From Heteronotia binoei (taxonomy: Eukaryota), in contig NC_083237.1 of the NCBI RefSeq assembly GCF_032191835.1, positions 29,388,001 through 29,452,000 of the forward strand: a stretch of DNA of 64,000 nucleotides, given 5' to 3'. Positions 1-13,135 of this stretch are shown piece after piece. The notes beneath the pieces were generated by a model. The model was not told the origin of the DNA and did not search any database. It worked only from the letters and a program-made list of their open reading frames with translations. How positions within the stretch are numbered: position 1 is the first letter of the stretch; each line of letters starts with the position of its first letter. Both the position numbers and the translations under genes were made by a program.

Positions 1-32
1 GAGTGCTGTTTTAAGCTGACATCCACATTCCA

Positions 33-270
33 GAAAGCCAGTGTGGTGCAGTGGTTAAGAGTGGTGGACTCTAATCCAGAGAACTGAGCTTGATTCCCCC
101 ACCCTTCCATAAAGCCTGCTGGGTGACCTTGGGCCAGTCATAGTTCTCTTGGAACTCTGTCAGCCCCACCTGTCTCACAGGGTGTATGTGGTGGGGCAGG
201 GAAGGGAAAGGTGATTGTGAGCCGCTTTGAGACTCCTTAGAGTACAGAAAAGGTAGGTATAAAAACAACT
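33..270 (+). mobile_element. tRNA-derived SINE (Squam3-like squamate SINE)
   Basis: tRNA-like head (AGAAAGCCAGTGTGGTGCAGTGGTTAAGAG...GATTCCCC), body GGGTGACCTTGGGCCAGTCA...CTCAGCCCCACC and tail GGTATAAA. Related copies at ~21777-21960, ~58940-59140 and ~61385-61900. Confidence 0.7.
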
Positions 271-2199
271 ATTCTGCAATAGGCCTGCTTTGGTCCAGTA
301 CCAAGGTTGACAGCCACGTGTTCAGAATTTTATATATTAGAACAGGGTGGCCCGGGAGCCACATGTGGCTTTTTCACACGTGTGGCTCTCAAAGCCCCAC
401 CACCCCATCAGCCAATTTGGAGAAGGCATTTTTCTCTTGGGCAGCCCAATGCAGACATAAGTGGCTGGCAGCCGGCCGTGGCGTAACTGCCGCGCCGCTA
501 GACGACTTCCTGAGGACTTCGGCAAGCTGGAGCGTGGAGAGAGGCATAGTTTGCCGTGAGGGAGACAGTCGCCATGGCAATGCTGCTGGCGTAGGGCAAG
601 GGAGGCGGAGGCAGCTGGAGGGGAGGGCCAGTCCACCCCCCCCCCCCATTGGTCAGTCCTGGTGCATGCACCGTGGCTCATAACAGGGATGGGGAGAGAC
701 GGCCCCGGAGAGGCTGATAGCCATCTCCAACCCACCCCCAAACAGAGAATGGAGCCAATGATGGGTAGATCAAAGGCAAAGGAGAGACATCCCACCAACA
801 CGGGGAGGGAACAGGAGTGAGGCTGGGCATGCGCGCACAAGAAGCCTGGCTTGGTAGCGAGGCGGGGGTGGGGGCAGGACAGGCCCACATGGGACCATGG
901 AGAAGCCGTCAATCCCCTCACACCCTCCTGCTGTCAGAGATTCTGCCAATGGCAAGCAGACAAGCAGGAAGTACCAAGTGCAGGAATTCGCTGTCAGACA
1001 GCAGCTGGAATATGTGTCTGGGAGTGAGCAGACCAGCAGCAGACACCCCACCCACCCAGAGACCCCGTGCTGCCCTGACGCCCCCTGCCATGTGCATGGA
1101 ACACCTCCCCCGGGGGCTGCGGAACTCAAGAGTGCGAGTGAATCAGCCACAGAACTCTGAGTCCGCTTCATCAGCCCCCCCCCCCTTAGTACCCTCCACA
1201 CAACAGCCCTGTGGGATTGGGTAGGCTGTCAGCCCAGGCAGGCTGAGGGTGCAGCACTCCCCTCCCCTGTCCAGCTACGCAGGGGGCAGCGTGGCAGCTC
1301 ATAGACCATCCCCCCCCCCATAACCAAGTCTGTCCACCCTCCCAGGCATTCCCTTGGAGAGCCAATGACAGAGTGTGTGTGGGGGGGCTGCCCAGGGAAC
1401 ATGCAGCAGATGCCAAGCAGGACAGACAACAGAGGGCACAGCTCAGACTTTATTTTTCCAGAACAGAGTGCAACAGTCGCCATGGGCGGGGCTCCAGAGC
1501 GGTGGGCAGAAACAGCTGAGGGAGTGGGGGGGGCGGTGGAGCGACACATGCGGAAGCCTCTGTGTTGGAGTCCCACCTGCAAAACAGAGACAGAGATCAA
1601 GAGCACCTGCAGGGGCGGCAACTGGAAGAGCAGACTGTGTTTCAGCCAGGCGCTCTCTTAAAGGGACAGTCTCTGACCCACTTTCCCTCAGTGGGGCAGC
1701 TGCCACACACATACACACCGTGCCCTGCCAGGGGTTGGGAACGCGGCAGAGGGCAGACCAAGGAAGGGAGCAGGAGGCAGCACAGGGGAGTGGGGTCAGC
1801 AAATGCTCCCTGCCTGAGCCCACTGCCTGGTTCAAGTGCCAGAGACGCTTGCACATCAAGCGGCCGAGAGCGAGGGGAGGCAAAGGACGGGGGGCACAGT
1901 GAAATTTACCCAGCCATGGGTGACAGTCCTCGCTCACATGCAGAGCCTCCGTGAGCCCGGAACCTGTGGAGACCTGGAAACCAGAGCAGTTAGCCCCAGG
2001 GGAGTGAAAAACCTGTCACCAACGTGGCAGTGAAAAACCTGTCACCAACATGCCTGCCTGTCTCTCGTTCTAAGTCAGCATGGCTTGGAGCTCACTGGCA
2101 GAGCCCCTCACCATGCATTCCTCTCCCTAACAACTGAGTTGCATGAGGCAGAGCAGAAATATTTCTAGGAGGGGGGGGCACGGCAATTGGCTGTTGGGG

Positions 2200-2620
2200 A
2201 GGGGGCTTGTAAGCTCAGGACGCGAGGGGATTGGTGAGACAATTACACCGCTCCCTAAGGGGTTCGCGAGCTCCGCAGTGGCGGGGACAACCTTTGTTTT
2301 CAGTTTCAATTAGTGCCTATGGGATACACCGCCATTTTCGCAGGCGTAACTGTATGCCTCCATTTTCGCAGGCGAGCCGCCTAAGCCTGGTCGCACCCCT
2401 GACTCCTCCCCCTCTTCCGCCGCTGCAGTCCGCTCCGCCAGACTTACGCCTTCACTCAGGCACAGCCCTCAGGCACCGCTGCACTTGGTCAGGGCGGCAC
2501 TCGAGCAGAGCTGCGCTCACGTAACTCCCCTCCGCTGTGGCGCCGCCGCTCTTCCACTGTTGTATGTGCCACTTCCGCCAACGTAGCGGTAAGTCCACTC
2601 CCAAAGCACTTTTGCGACCC
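2200..2620. promoter_or_regulatory. CpG island / probable promoter with candidate first-exon donors on both strands
   Basis: CpG-rich. YY1-like CGCCATTTT at ~2330, direct repeat CCATTTTCGCAGGCG x2, ETS-like ACTTCCG. Strong donors on - (GGC|GTAAGT ~2446) and + (GCG|GTAAGT ~2589). Gene not identifiable in the window. Confidence 0.55.
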
Positions 2621-2650
2621 CACCCTCTAGATTGTGCTGTAAATCACTTT

Positions 2651-3255
2651 GTAGATTTCCCCCCCTCCAGGCTCCACAGGTACATGGCCGGTGAGTTTAG
2701 TTTATTTATAACCCCCTTTAGATCAATGAAATGGAAATCTTTTAAGAATTGTAGTTCTCTAAATCCAGGAGTGGGGGAGAGAGGTGTAGATGGAATCTGG
2801 ATTACATTTTATTTCTCCCCAGGGGGATTAGCTGCTAGGGGTGGGAACCCTATTGGCTCCTAAATTTGGAATGAGTGGCTGGATGTCAAGAATGGATGAT
2901 GGAGGGGTGGTTTTGGCAGGAAAGGCTGAAACTGCAGTGTGTAGATTCAAATATGTGAGGGAAAGTGCATGAAACTTGGCAATTTTCTTTCCTATGGTCC
3001 CAACTGAAGGGGCTTTCCAGAAGTATGGGGAGAAGCATCCTTGGTTTTGTGTCCCCTCCCCACATATGGTGGAAATCAGGGTACCCCAATATAGACAAGT
3101 AATGCCCTACCATCCCACCCAGTCTAATGAGTTATGAAAAAAAATCTCTCTTCTTTCTGAAGCGACTTTTAAATAGACCACAACATGGTAATGGTTGCAG
3201 CCTGTGCGTCCCCTCTCCCAAATGAAAATGCTAGTAGTGACTGACATCGCCTGAT
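2651..3255 (+). repeat. ~600-bp duplicated block, copy 1 (copy 2 at 21126-21770)
   Basis: Co-linear similarity by eye (roughly 80%) from GTAGATTTCCCCCCCTCCAGG through GAGGTGTAGATGGAATCTGGATTA and CCCTCCCCACATATGGTGGAAATCAGGG to CTCTCCCAAATGAAAATG. Confidence 0.85.
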
Positions 3256-5539
3256 AGTGTGTGACTGGTCCAAAGTAAAAAAAACAAAACTTCCATGGTG
3301 GAATGGGGATTCAAATACAGGTCTTTCAGATCCTAGTCCAGCATCCTAACTGCTACATTATGTAAAAAAAAATTGGATATATTTATAGATGGATATAGTT
3401 CCAGTAAGCCAACAGCTGATCTGCCAGTGTCCAAACTTGTTTAAAAACCACTTCACTTACCCTCATGTTTGTCTTATCAAAATCTTCATTTTTAAAAAAA
3501 AAATTCTTAAGCTGTTCATTGTTATCTTCTTGCAGTGTTTTTACCTTAAAGAACATGTTTAAAAGGTATTAAGGAGAATACTCATCCTCAAAAGGCACAT
3601 CATGCTTTCCAAGTTCAGCACAGAATGGAGTTTGCATTCAAGTTGTAGAAGATACAGAATGTCCCAGCATGCTGTCCAAGTGCTCATCAAGCATGAGGAT
3701 TATCAACCACTCTATCAGAAATGGTATCTGAAGAATCTGTTTCAAAGCTGGCCTTCATGCAGAGCAAAGTTTAAACAATTCAAAGGCTGCATCTGCTGAA
3801 TAAAATCAGAATGTAGCTAATAAGGGCTTTCAAGATCTGCCTGGCTTACTCTCTACTTTTCTGTTCTCCATTTCACTTACAACTTAGCTGTACTTCAGCT
3901 GTGTAAACAACATGAACCTACACAAACCTGTACTGCAGAACTGTGCATAGGTTCTTGATTATAGGATATAATGCAAAGGACCTCTGATGGGGATGAAGTA
4001 TTGAAACACATACCTCCTCCAAAGTATTCCCTTTGGATTTTCCCCCCTTCATAGCACTACTAATCTCTTCCTTACACTGTCTGCTCAGGCGACCCAGGAG
4101 ATTCTCCAAGTGACTGTCCAAACCACAGAAAATCATTATTAATTTTGTGTTTACAGATAGAATTACACTGGTTTTGCTGCATTTTTAGAATAAGTGAAGG
4201 ATTTTAAAACGCAGAAGTCATGCTGATATTGATATAGAGAGTACTCTCATGAGACCAAATCACCTAGACCTTAATCTTATCTAGCAGGTCCTACTCTGGA
4301 CAAATCTGTTTATGTAGCAGGTGAGTAGCCATATTGGTCTGATGCTATAGAACAAAGAGTCCAATGGCACCTTTAAGACCAACAAAGTTTTATTCAGGGT
4401 GTGAACATTTGTGTGTCAAGCCTGCTTTGTCAGACAATGGAATGGAACTGAATAATGAGCAGTCCTATATATAGTGGGTGGGCAGTGAATTAGGATGCTA
4501 AATAGTGAATATAGTTTTAACAGAGTAAAAGAAAACAAGTGTGGTTATTAAAGTTAGACTAGGAATATATGTAAGATTATTCCAAAAACTGTTTCTGTAA
4601 ATTCATGTACAACCTCTTTTCATTTCGCATATTTTAACTTCTCCATCCATAATTGATTTTGTCTTTTGTGCAGCTCCATAGTTAGATGAATTACCTTCTT
4701 TGTGGTTTCCTCTCTTCTATAATTTAGTTGTTCTACATCAGCAACTGACTTCAGAATATGCGGTGGAGGAATGCCCTCTTGTTCTAATACTTCAGTTTCG
4801 GAGTCTAAATTGAAAAAGAGACAAACATTAAACATTGTTAGAAACAAAGAATTAAAACTATCATAAAGTTATAGCTCCCCCCCCATGTGGTAGAATTAAT
4901 CTGCATTTTATTTTCTTGGGTTAATATTATGTGTGGGAATAAAAATATCCTTACTTTTCTCAAGTTTGTGACTTCTTGAAAGGCATGAGAAATTCACAGT
5001 ATTAAAAAAGGGGAGATATTTAAATCATCTGGGCTCAGGGGTTGTATGCTCCCATATGAACCTGCCAAACTGTTGGCCCTGCTATGTACATCCTCCTTTT
5101 AGAGGAAAGGCAGGTGGCCACCATGAAGCATTCTCTGCTGCAGCTTTATTCATCTGATTCCCTGTTCTGTGGTTGTTTCAGTCTGTTATCCAGGATGGGG
5201 AAGTTAACTGATACAGAACTGGTCTCCTCCTCCTGCTTTCCCCACTGCCTAAGACATCGATATGATGTTTAAAGACATGCTTTTAATTAAAAGGTATTAT
5301 TAATAATAACAACACGGAGATGGATAGCCACGTTGGCCTGAAGCAACAAAACAAAATCCAGTAGCACCTTAAGACCGACAAAGTTTAATCCAAGGTGTGA
5401 GCTTTCTTGCGCACTTCGTCTGACAAAGTCTGCTTGGCACATGAAGGCTGGCACCTTGAATTAAACTGTGTGGCTCTTAAAGGTGCCACTGACTTTGCTC
5501 AACAGGGAGAAACCTCACGCTCAAGAAGCAGTAGTGCTT

Positions 5540-6420
5540 TCCAAGGACAGCACAGAGGCGCGGCTTCCACACGGCAAGGCGCTCCCCTCCGCCCTCCCTG
5601 ACAAAGCCCACCCACGACTTCTGCCTCCTGAAGACTAGAGGCACCGTATCCGCCGAGCTGGCTGCTTCGAATCTCCCTGCGCGGCGCGCGAGGGGCGAAC
5701 GGCGCAGGGAGACTGCCGGTGGGCAAGGGAAGGAAGGGGCTTGCAGGCAGCGCCGCCTACTCCAGGCTGGCCTACACGCCACAGCAGCCGCCGCGGCTTC
5801 TCCTGCTCCTGAGGCCGTCGGCAGGCCCTTTAGCAGCCGCTGGGCGCTCCCGCAAGCCTGGAGCAGCAGCCGGAGCCTGGCACCACCCCCCTCCCCATCG
5901 GCCGCTGCTGTTCCTCCTGCTGGAGGGTCCCGGCCCAAGCGCCGACGGCTGCTGCATACTGGCTCCACCGCTCAAACACAGAGGCAGCCCCGCCCCACCC
6001 GTGACTTCAGCGGCCCTCTCTCCGTGCCCCGGCCTTTCCGCGCCGGGGCAGGCAGGAAGAGCGGGGAGGCCTACGGGCTGGGGTCCCGCGAAGTCCACCG
6101 CCTGGTTACCTAAGTCGAGGAAGCGGCCGCCCCCCCCCCCCATTTCCTGGCAGGCTACCTGTCCTGGGGGATGATTTTTAACACACTCCTCTTCAGCCCT
6201 TCCCGCAGGACAATCCAAGCCCCTTGTAACGGTCGCCGGCCCTCACCACTTTCAACGGCTGTTATGGAGCCACTTTGGGTGGGAGCCAGCAAAAGCCCCG
6301 ATTGAATCAGGGGAACGTGCATGCTGCTCCGCCACCTCCAGGGATGAGTTACCGCGGAGGAACCCGCCCCCCTGGCCGCTTGGCTCAGTCTTCTGGGGTG
6401 GTTTTGTGGGACTCGCCCTA
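5540..6420. promoter_or_regulatory. CpG island of an unidentified transcript
   Basis: High GC and CpG density with GC boxes. Candidate minus-strand donor TAG|GTAACC near 6107. No recognisable protein. Confidence 0.5.
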
Positions 6421-7015
6421 GCAAATTCCAAGCGTTATCCTAAGCAAAGTTAAAAACTTTAAAGCCCACTGAAGACAAGAGGCTTAGGAGAAAAGAAGGC
6501 TTAGAACTCTGCTTCCCTGCATTGTTAGTCTAGGGAAGTATTTTACATAGGTTCAGTTGATAGTATTCTTACCATATCAACTGTCAAACAATTGAAAACA
6601 AGTGGACTTTTGTACCAAAATAAGCTCATATAGACCATGAGGTAGGAATCTCCTGGGTGCTGACTGGGTTATGGTACTGTCAATCAAGTTTGCCACAGGG
6701 TGTTTAGATATGAAAGAGCATAGTTTGCCATTTCCACAGATTCAAAAGACCTCAACTGTTGGGGGAGTCCATGTAAGCACCTGTGTTTAAGGGCCTTTTC
6801 ACATTCACTGCTAATCTGGCAGTTTTTAAAATCTCAGTTGTGTCAGAAAATGAACCACGCATATACGCACACAATCAAGGTGAGGTGAGGTGAATGTTAA
6901 AGATTTTGCTGCTGATTGACAGAACAAGAGTTTGAAACGCACACAGAAGCAGCCCTGCTGTGACATAAAGGGAGACAAGTGCACCTTTAAGACCAGCTAA
7001 GTTTTATTCAGACTG

Positions 7016-7052
7016 TAAGCTTTCGTATGCTCTTAAGCAAACTTCATCAGAC
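7016..7052 (-). ncRNA. Minimal hammerhead-ribozyme-like motif in a short Penelope-derived repeat
   Basis: Minus strand reads GT-CTGATGA-AGTTTGCTTAAGAGCATAC-GAAA-GCTTA: hammerhead core boxes, a short stem II and a palindromic AAGCTT helix III. Confidence 0.45.
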
Positions 7053-7684
7053 AAAATGGGAACATGGCTGCCTACTGGGATCTATCTACAAAGGGAGACA
7101 GTTGGTCTCTGTATCCCCTTAAGGGTGACAGATGGATAGAGTTCACCTGGATATTGTAGTGTTTCTGCTGTTTCCAGTAAAGCAAGTGCAGAAGAAAATC
7201 CCAGTGGATTGTGCCCCATATAAAATAGCACCCACTGTTTGGATTTTCAATCTCAAGCATCAGGGTTGCTGAGAATGACCATAATTCTACCTTGACCCAA
7301 AGGAAAGGGACCTTTGCCAAGAAACTCACTGCTTGATTCAGTAACATCATGATCCTATTAGGTCAATGGGCTTGACCCAGACAGAGAATTCAGCTTCCTA
7401 GTCCAGCTAAAAGGCATTGCTTATTCATACCCAGGGCAGTAGCCATTATCCAGCACTCACAAAGATTTTGTGCATTCTGGGTGTAATCAAATAGCTTTGC
7501 CTGCAAACCACCTCTGAACGTCTCTTGCTTTGAAAGCTCAGCAGAGTTGCCATACATCAGCTGTAACAAGACAGGGGAAAAGAACTCTGTAAATGCTGGA
7601 GACCAACCAATTGGCTAGGTTGGGATACCAGGTGTGTTGTAGCAGACAAATGGGAGAACAAAACACAAATTAATGCAAATAAGC

Positions 7685-7690
7685 TTTATT
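7685..7690 (-). terminator. Polyadenylation signal of POLR2L
   Basis: AATAAA on the minus strand ~150 nt after the stop codon. Confidence 0.7.
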
Positions 7691-7836
7691 GCACATAATT
7701 GAATGGGATGGAGTTCTCTTGCACAACCGCACCCCCTAGAGGCAGGCACATAGTTTTGACATGAACTTATTTGATTCAAACAAAAAAAATACTAGAAGGC
7801 TGCATCAAATGCAGGAACTTCCTTGAAGCCCAAGTG

Positions 7837-9284
<1,448 letters not shown>

Positions 9285-9290
9285 TCATTT

Positions 9291-9725
9291 AAGAACATAA
9301 GAGCAGCCCTGCTGGATCAGACAGAAGTCCATTTAGTCCAGCATCCTGTCTCACACTGTTGTCAATTAGTTCCTCTGGAGGTCCAACAAAAGGGCACAGA
9401 GGCTGAGGTTTCCCCCAATGCTGCTTCTTGGCACTGGGATTCAGAGTCTGACTATCTCTGAATGTAGAGGTCCTCTTTAGTCAAAAGAGTTTCTTGGAAC
9501 ACCCTCTCCTCCATGGATCTGTCTAACCTTCTTTCAAAGCTGTCTATGCCTGTGGCCATCACTATGTCCTCTGGCAGCGAATTCCACATTTTAATCACTC
9601 GCCGTGTAAAGAAGTATTTCCTTTTGTCTGTCCTGAATCTTCTGCCCATCAGCTTCATTGGATGCCCTTGAGTATTAGTATTTTGGGAGAGGGAGAAAAA
9701 GTTCTCTTTGTCAACTCTCCATGTC
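9291..9725 (-). mobile_element. CR1 LINE 3' fragment
   Basis: Translation GHPMKLMGRRFRTDKRKYFFTRRVIKMWNSLPEDIVMA matches the CR1 ORF2 C-terminus. 3' UTR ends in TTATGTTCTT. Confidence 0.85.
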
Positions 9726-10050
9726 ATACAGCTAAGCGCTGTTATTTCCCCTGGTGTCCTGTTGAAAACTGGTCTTACCCAATGCCAGTGAGCAGAGGTG
9801 AAACACAATGATTAGGCTGGTGAGCTAAGGACTTCCTGGTTCAAATTCTGCCTCACAATCTACCTGAGACCACTTCAGGCAGGCACTTTGTAGCTCAAGT
9901 TCAGTCCCCTTTCCCACGCAACTATTGCTCCCTTTCTGTAAAACCCCCTCATTGGGCAGCAGGGACAACCTAGTTTGTCTCTATGGAGTTAGAAATAATG
10001 TCTCAATGCCAACAAAGCCCAGTTAAAAATTCTCATGGGGGATGCTAGTC

Positions 10051-10311
10051 CAGGGGTCTTAATACTCCTGCCAGTACCTTTTCTGGCATCCGCCAAGTGT
10101 TTTTACAGTGTAGGACCAGGCAGGGCTTTTGCCCAGCAAGGCCACCACTGTGCAAGGATCTACACTGTGCTACTGAAGCCATGACAATCATTTTGTGACT
10201 GGCTTCACCTACTACTGCAGCCTTTTTGTGGCAGCCATTTTGTTGCTGCACCCACCATGCTATGTCGGAATTCCAAATGTCCCCCCAGGCGCAAAAATGT
10301 TGGGGCCTCTG
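10051..10311. mobile_element. hAT-type MITE
   Basis: CAGGGGTC... / ...GTTGGGGCCTCTG termini with a near-perfect 8-bp TSD (TGCTAGTC / TACTAGTC). Confidence 0.7.
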
Positions 10312-11137
10312 TACTAGTCTAAGGGTTGTTTTCTGAGTGAATGCCAGTTAAGTGTCTGTTAGATTGGTTGTGAACTGTGAAAAGGCAGGGTATGATTAAG
10401 CTTTTTACATTTTTATTCCTTGACTACCAGTAATTCCTCATGCAATCCACCTTCCTTGTGGCTATTTTCTCTCACTTAAATTAAGAACATGGAAGGTTAA
10501 ATAAATAAAAATCTGAAGGCCAATTCCCAAAAACAATAAATGTAAAACCTTACACATATAAATAATACAAAATTATCAAAAATACATGAATTTATTACAG
10601 GATAATCTAAAAAACAGTAGGCCCAACTATAGCCTCAATACAAGATAAAATTGAAGACAACTTTATTTTCTTTGTCCTCAGATTTGTATTTATATAACCT
10701 TTCAGGTTCTTAAATTCAATTATTTGGGTCAAGTTTTCTGTTCTCTTCCACAATACAAGAATATGGGGAGTTGGCGGGACTTTGTATTAATAAAGAAAAA
10801 TCAAAACTTCTATGTAAAAATATGCAAATAAATAAGCAACAAGAATTGCAGACACTAACGGGCTATGAAGTTACCGCCAAGGTAAAATATTTGGGTGTGG
10901 AGATAACAATGAAGAATATTGATTTGTTCAAAAATAATTATGAGAAGCTATGGCGTAACATGGATGAAGATATGTTAAAGTGGAATAAACTTAATTTGTC
11001 ACTGTTGGATAGAATAGCCACAATTAAAATGAATATTCTACCAAGAATAATGTATTTGTTTCAAACTATTCCGATTGTGAAAGACAGTAAACAATTTAAT
11101 AGATGGCAAAGAAAAATTTCAGAATTTGTGTGGGCGG

Positions 11138-11582
11138 TGTCAAGTCTGCTATGAATTCTGTATGTGGCTAAGCTGCTTCTTTGGTTCAGGAAAGGGATCC
11201 TGGGTAAAACCACACTGTATGCCAATGCTGCTAGCTCAACCTCTCCTCTCCCCTCTCCCACCCTTTGTTATGTAGCAATGCTTTGAAATGGGAATATGGG
11301 AACAAGATTGTAGAGCCTTCTCAGAGGAGCGTGGGGACAAGCCGGTGCCAGGAAGACGCTCAAGGCCGATACAGGCCTGAGAACGAAATAGTAACATCAA
11401 TGTGTGAATGTGCCCTGCATAGAGTGCCCCTCCCTTAAGAATGCCTTTGATGTATACCTTATATGCTTGCTTTGTTTGTATACTCGCCAGTCTTTCAACT
11501 TCGTTCTATAGTCCAGCAACATGTTACAATAAACTAGAAACTTTATCAAAAAGGTCTCGTTATTGAAACATCAGACTTGACA
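11138..11582 (+). repeat. 5' LTR (445 bp)
   Basis: TG...CA. TATA-like TTATAT at 11459-11464, AATAAA at 11528-11533. Identical to the 3' LTR except for two 7-nt indel sites. Confidence 0.95.
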
Positions 11583-11584
11583 TT

Positions 11585-11594
11585 TTGAAAGACT
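11585..11594 (+). promoter_or_regulatory. Self-priming primer-binding site (non-tRNA)
   Basis: TTGAAAGACT, 2 nt after the LTR, is the exact reverse complement of LTR 11489-11498 (AGTCTTTCAA), which lies ~29 nt downstream of the TATA-like box. There is no TGG-type tRNA PBS. Confidence 0.8.
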
Positions 11595-11635
11595 CCCTTC
11601 TCGGAGCTCAACATTTCCGGGAACTTGAAAGCCCG

Positions 11636-13135
11636 ATGGCTGACCAGATTCCGGACAACGGAGAACTCCCACCCAATGCGGGACTGGAGGGGGCTGCCGC
11701 GCCGTGGCACGTCTTAGACCCAAGGAGAGCAGCGGAGTCGCCCCCCGAGATCCAGCTAGTACTATCACCCCGGCAGTATCAACCGCGGACCTCGACCACC
11801 ATCATGGATCAGGCCCCACTACGCTGGGACGCCATCCTGAACCGCCACATCAGGCCGATCCAGATGGCGGGAGTAGAAGCCGCAAACCTGGGCTCCGCAG
11901 AGACGGGGGAGGCGGACAGCATCATTGTCGTCCAAGTCGGGGAGGATGAGGGCGAAGGCGCCGGGCGCAAGGGGACCGAGAGCGGAGAACCGAAACCGCG
12001 GGACACCTATGACGAGGACTACCAGATGTTCCGCTCGATGGTCTGCAGAGAAATTGACGGAGCAATCAGGGGCTTGCGAGACGAGGTCCACACCCTGACA
12101 GCTCAACTGGGGAACGTGTTGGGAGGAGCGGTATCCCGGAGACCGCCGGCTTCGCAGCCAGGGGCCCGCGGCCGTCCGAGCCAACCGGCCCCAACGACAG
12201 CCCCGCCAAGAGCCGGTGCCACCCCAGCACCAGCACCGGCTCCCCAACCCCCCGCTCCTCCGGTGGCACCGCGAAACATGGGAAGGGAGCTGGATGCGAC
12301 CTTCGACGGGGACCCGGAGGAAGTGAATTACTTCGGGATCCAAGCGAACAGCTTCATGCACTATTGGGGGCATTCCTTCCCGGATGAGTTCAGCCGAGTC
12401 GACTACCTAGGCTCGAAGCTGAGGGGAGCCGCTAAGAGATGGTACGTGAGCCTGTGCGAGACCAGGAGCCCGGTCCTGGACGACGTGCACACCTTCTTAC
12501 AAGCCCTGCTGACCCAGTATGAAGATCTGTTGCAGGAGTCTCAGGCCCTGGCGGCCCTGCGCGACATGCAGCAAGAGGCCCGACCCATCCGCAAGTACGC
12601 GGCCAACTTCCAAGCCAACGTGGCCAGGGTCCGAGGTTGGAACGAGATGATGAAGATCGAGCAGTTCACCAACGGGCTGAACGCGAGCATCCTGGATCGG
12701 GCCCTCACCCAGGCTCGCCCGACCACCCTGGTGGGGTGGATCCAACTGGCGGGGGAGGTAGAGAACAACCTAAAGCGAGTGGCCATGCTACGCCAACACC
12801 AGTCGGGCAAATCCCAGGCGAAGGCTGAGTCCCCCAAGGGGAAGAAGCCAGCCGTAGCGGTACCGGTGGGGCCCCGCCGGTGCTTTCGATGCGGGGACCC
12901 GAACCACCTCGCGTCCAACTGCCCGCACCCCCCGCCTCCTCGCGCCCTACCGGCTCCCCCAAAGCCAGTCACCCCCGGGCCCAAGAAGATGCCCAGCCGC
13001 CCTAAGGATGCGGCGAAGAGCAGCGCGGTGGCCACGCAAGAGGAGCTGCTGGAAGAAGAGGTGCTCCTGTCCGCGGAGCTGGCCGACCTCGCCTGGGTGG
13101 AAGAGCCGGCGGGAAACGAGCCTGACCTGCTCTGA
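11636..13135 (+). CDS. Gypsy Gag (499 aa; PEG10/RTL-like capsid region plus CCHC zinc knuckle)
   Basis: ATG at 11636, open to TGA at 13133-13135. Capsid-like FDGDPEEV...KLRGAAKRWY, CFRCGDPNHLASNC knuckle and Pro-rich linkers. Confidence 0.9.
   Translation: MADQIPDNGELPPNAGLEGAAAPWHVLDPRRAAESPPEIQLVLSPRQYQPRTSTTIMDQAPLRWDAILNRHIRPIQMAGVEAANLGSAETGEADSIIVVQVGEDEGEGAGRKGTESGEPKPRDTYDEDYQMFRSMVCREIDGAIRGLRDEVHTLTAQLGNVLGGAVSRRPPASQPGARGRPSQPAPTTAPPRAGATPAPAPAPQPPAPPVAPRNMGRELDATFDGDPEEVNYFGIQANSFMHYWGHSFPDEFSRVDYLGSKLRGAAKRWYVSLCETRSPVLDDVHTFLQALLTQYEDLLQESQALAALRDMQQEARPIRKYAANFQANVARVRGWNEMMKIEQFTNGLNASILDRALTQARPTTLVGWIQLAGEVENNLKRVAMLRQHQSGKSQAKAESPKGKKPAVAVPVGPRRCFRCGDPNHLASNCPHPPPPRALPAPPKPVTPGPKKMPSRPKDAAKSSAVATQEELLEEEVLLSAELADLAWVEEPAGNEPDLL

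Noticed and set aside
33-110. tRNA gene-like A/B boxes (also at other SINE heads)
   Set aside because: No complete cloverleaf; they continue into SINE bodies.
3545-3790. Kinase-like phrase RPALKQILQIPFL suggesting a NEK-type pseudogene
   Set aside because: One short motif in a frame with three stops; no other kinase subdomains nearby.
5477-6218. 148-163-aa ORFs on both strands of the CpG island
   Set aside because: Non-ATG starts or low-complexity Ala/Gly/Arg/Pro content typical of GC-rich DNA; no recognisable homology.
11585-11635. ORF-track start of Gag at TTG 11585
   Set aside because: It lies inside the PBS/leader. The first ATG at 11636 is the more plausible start.
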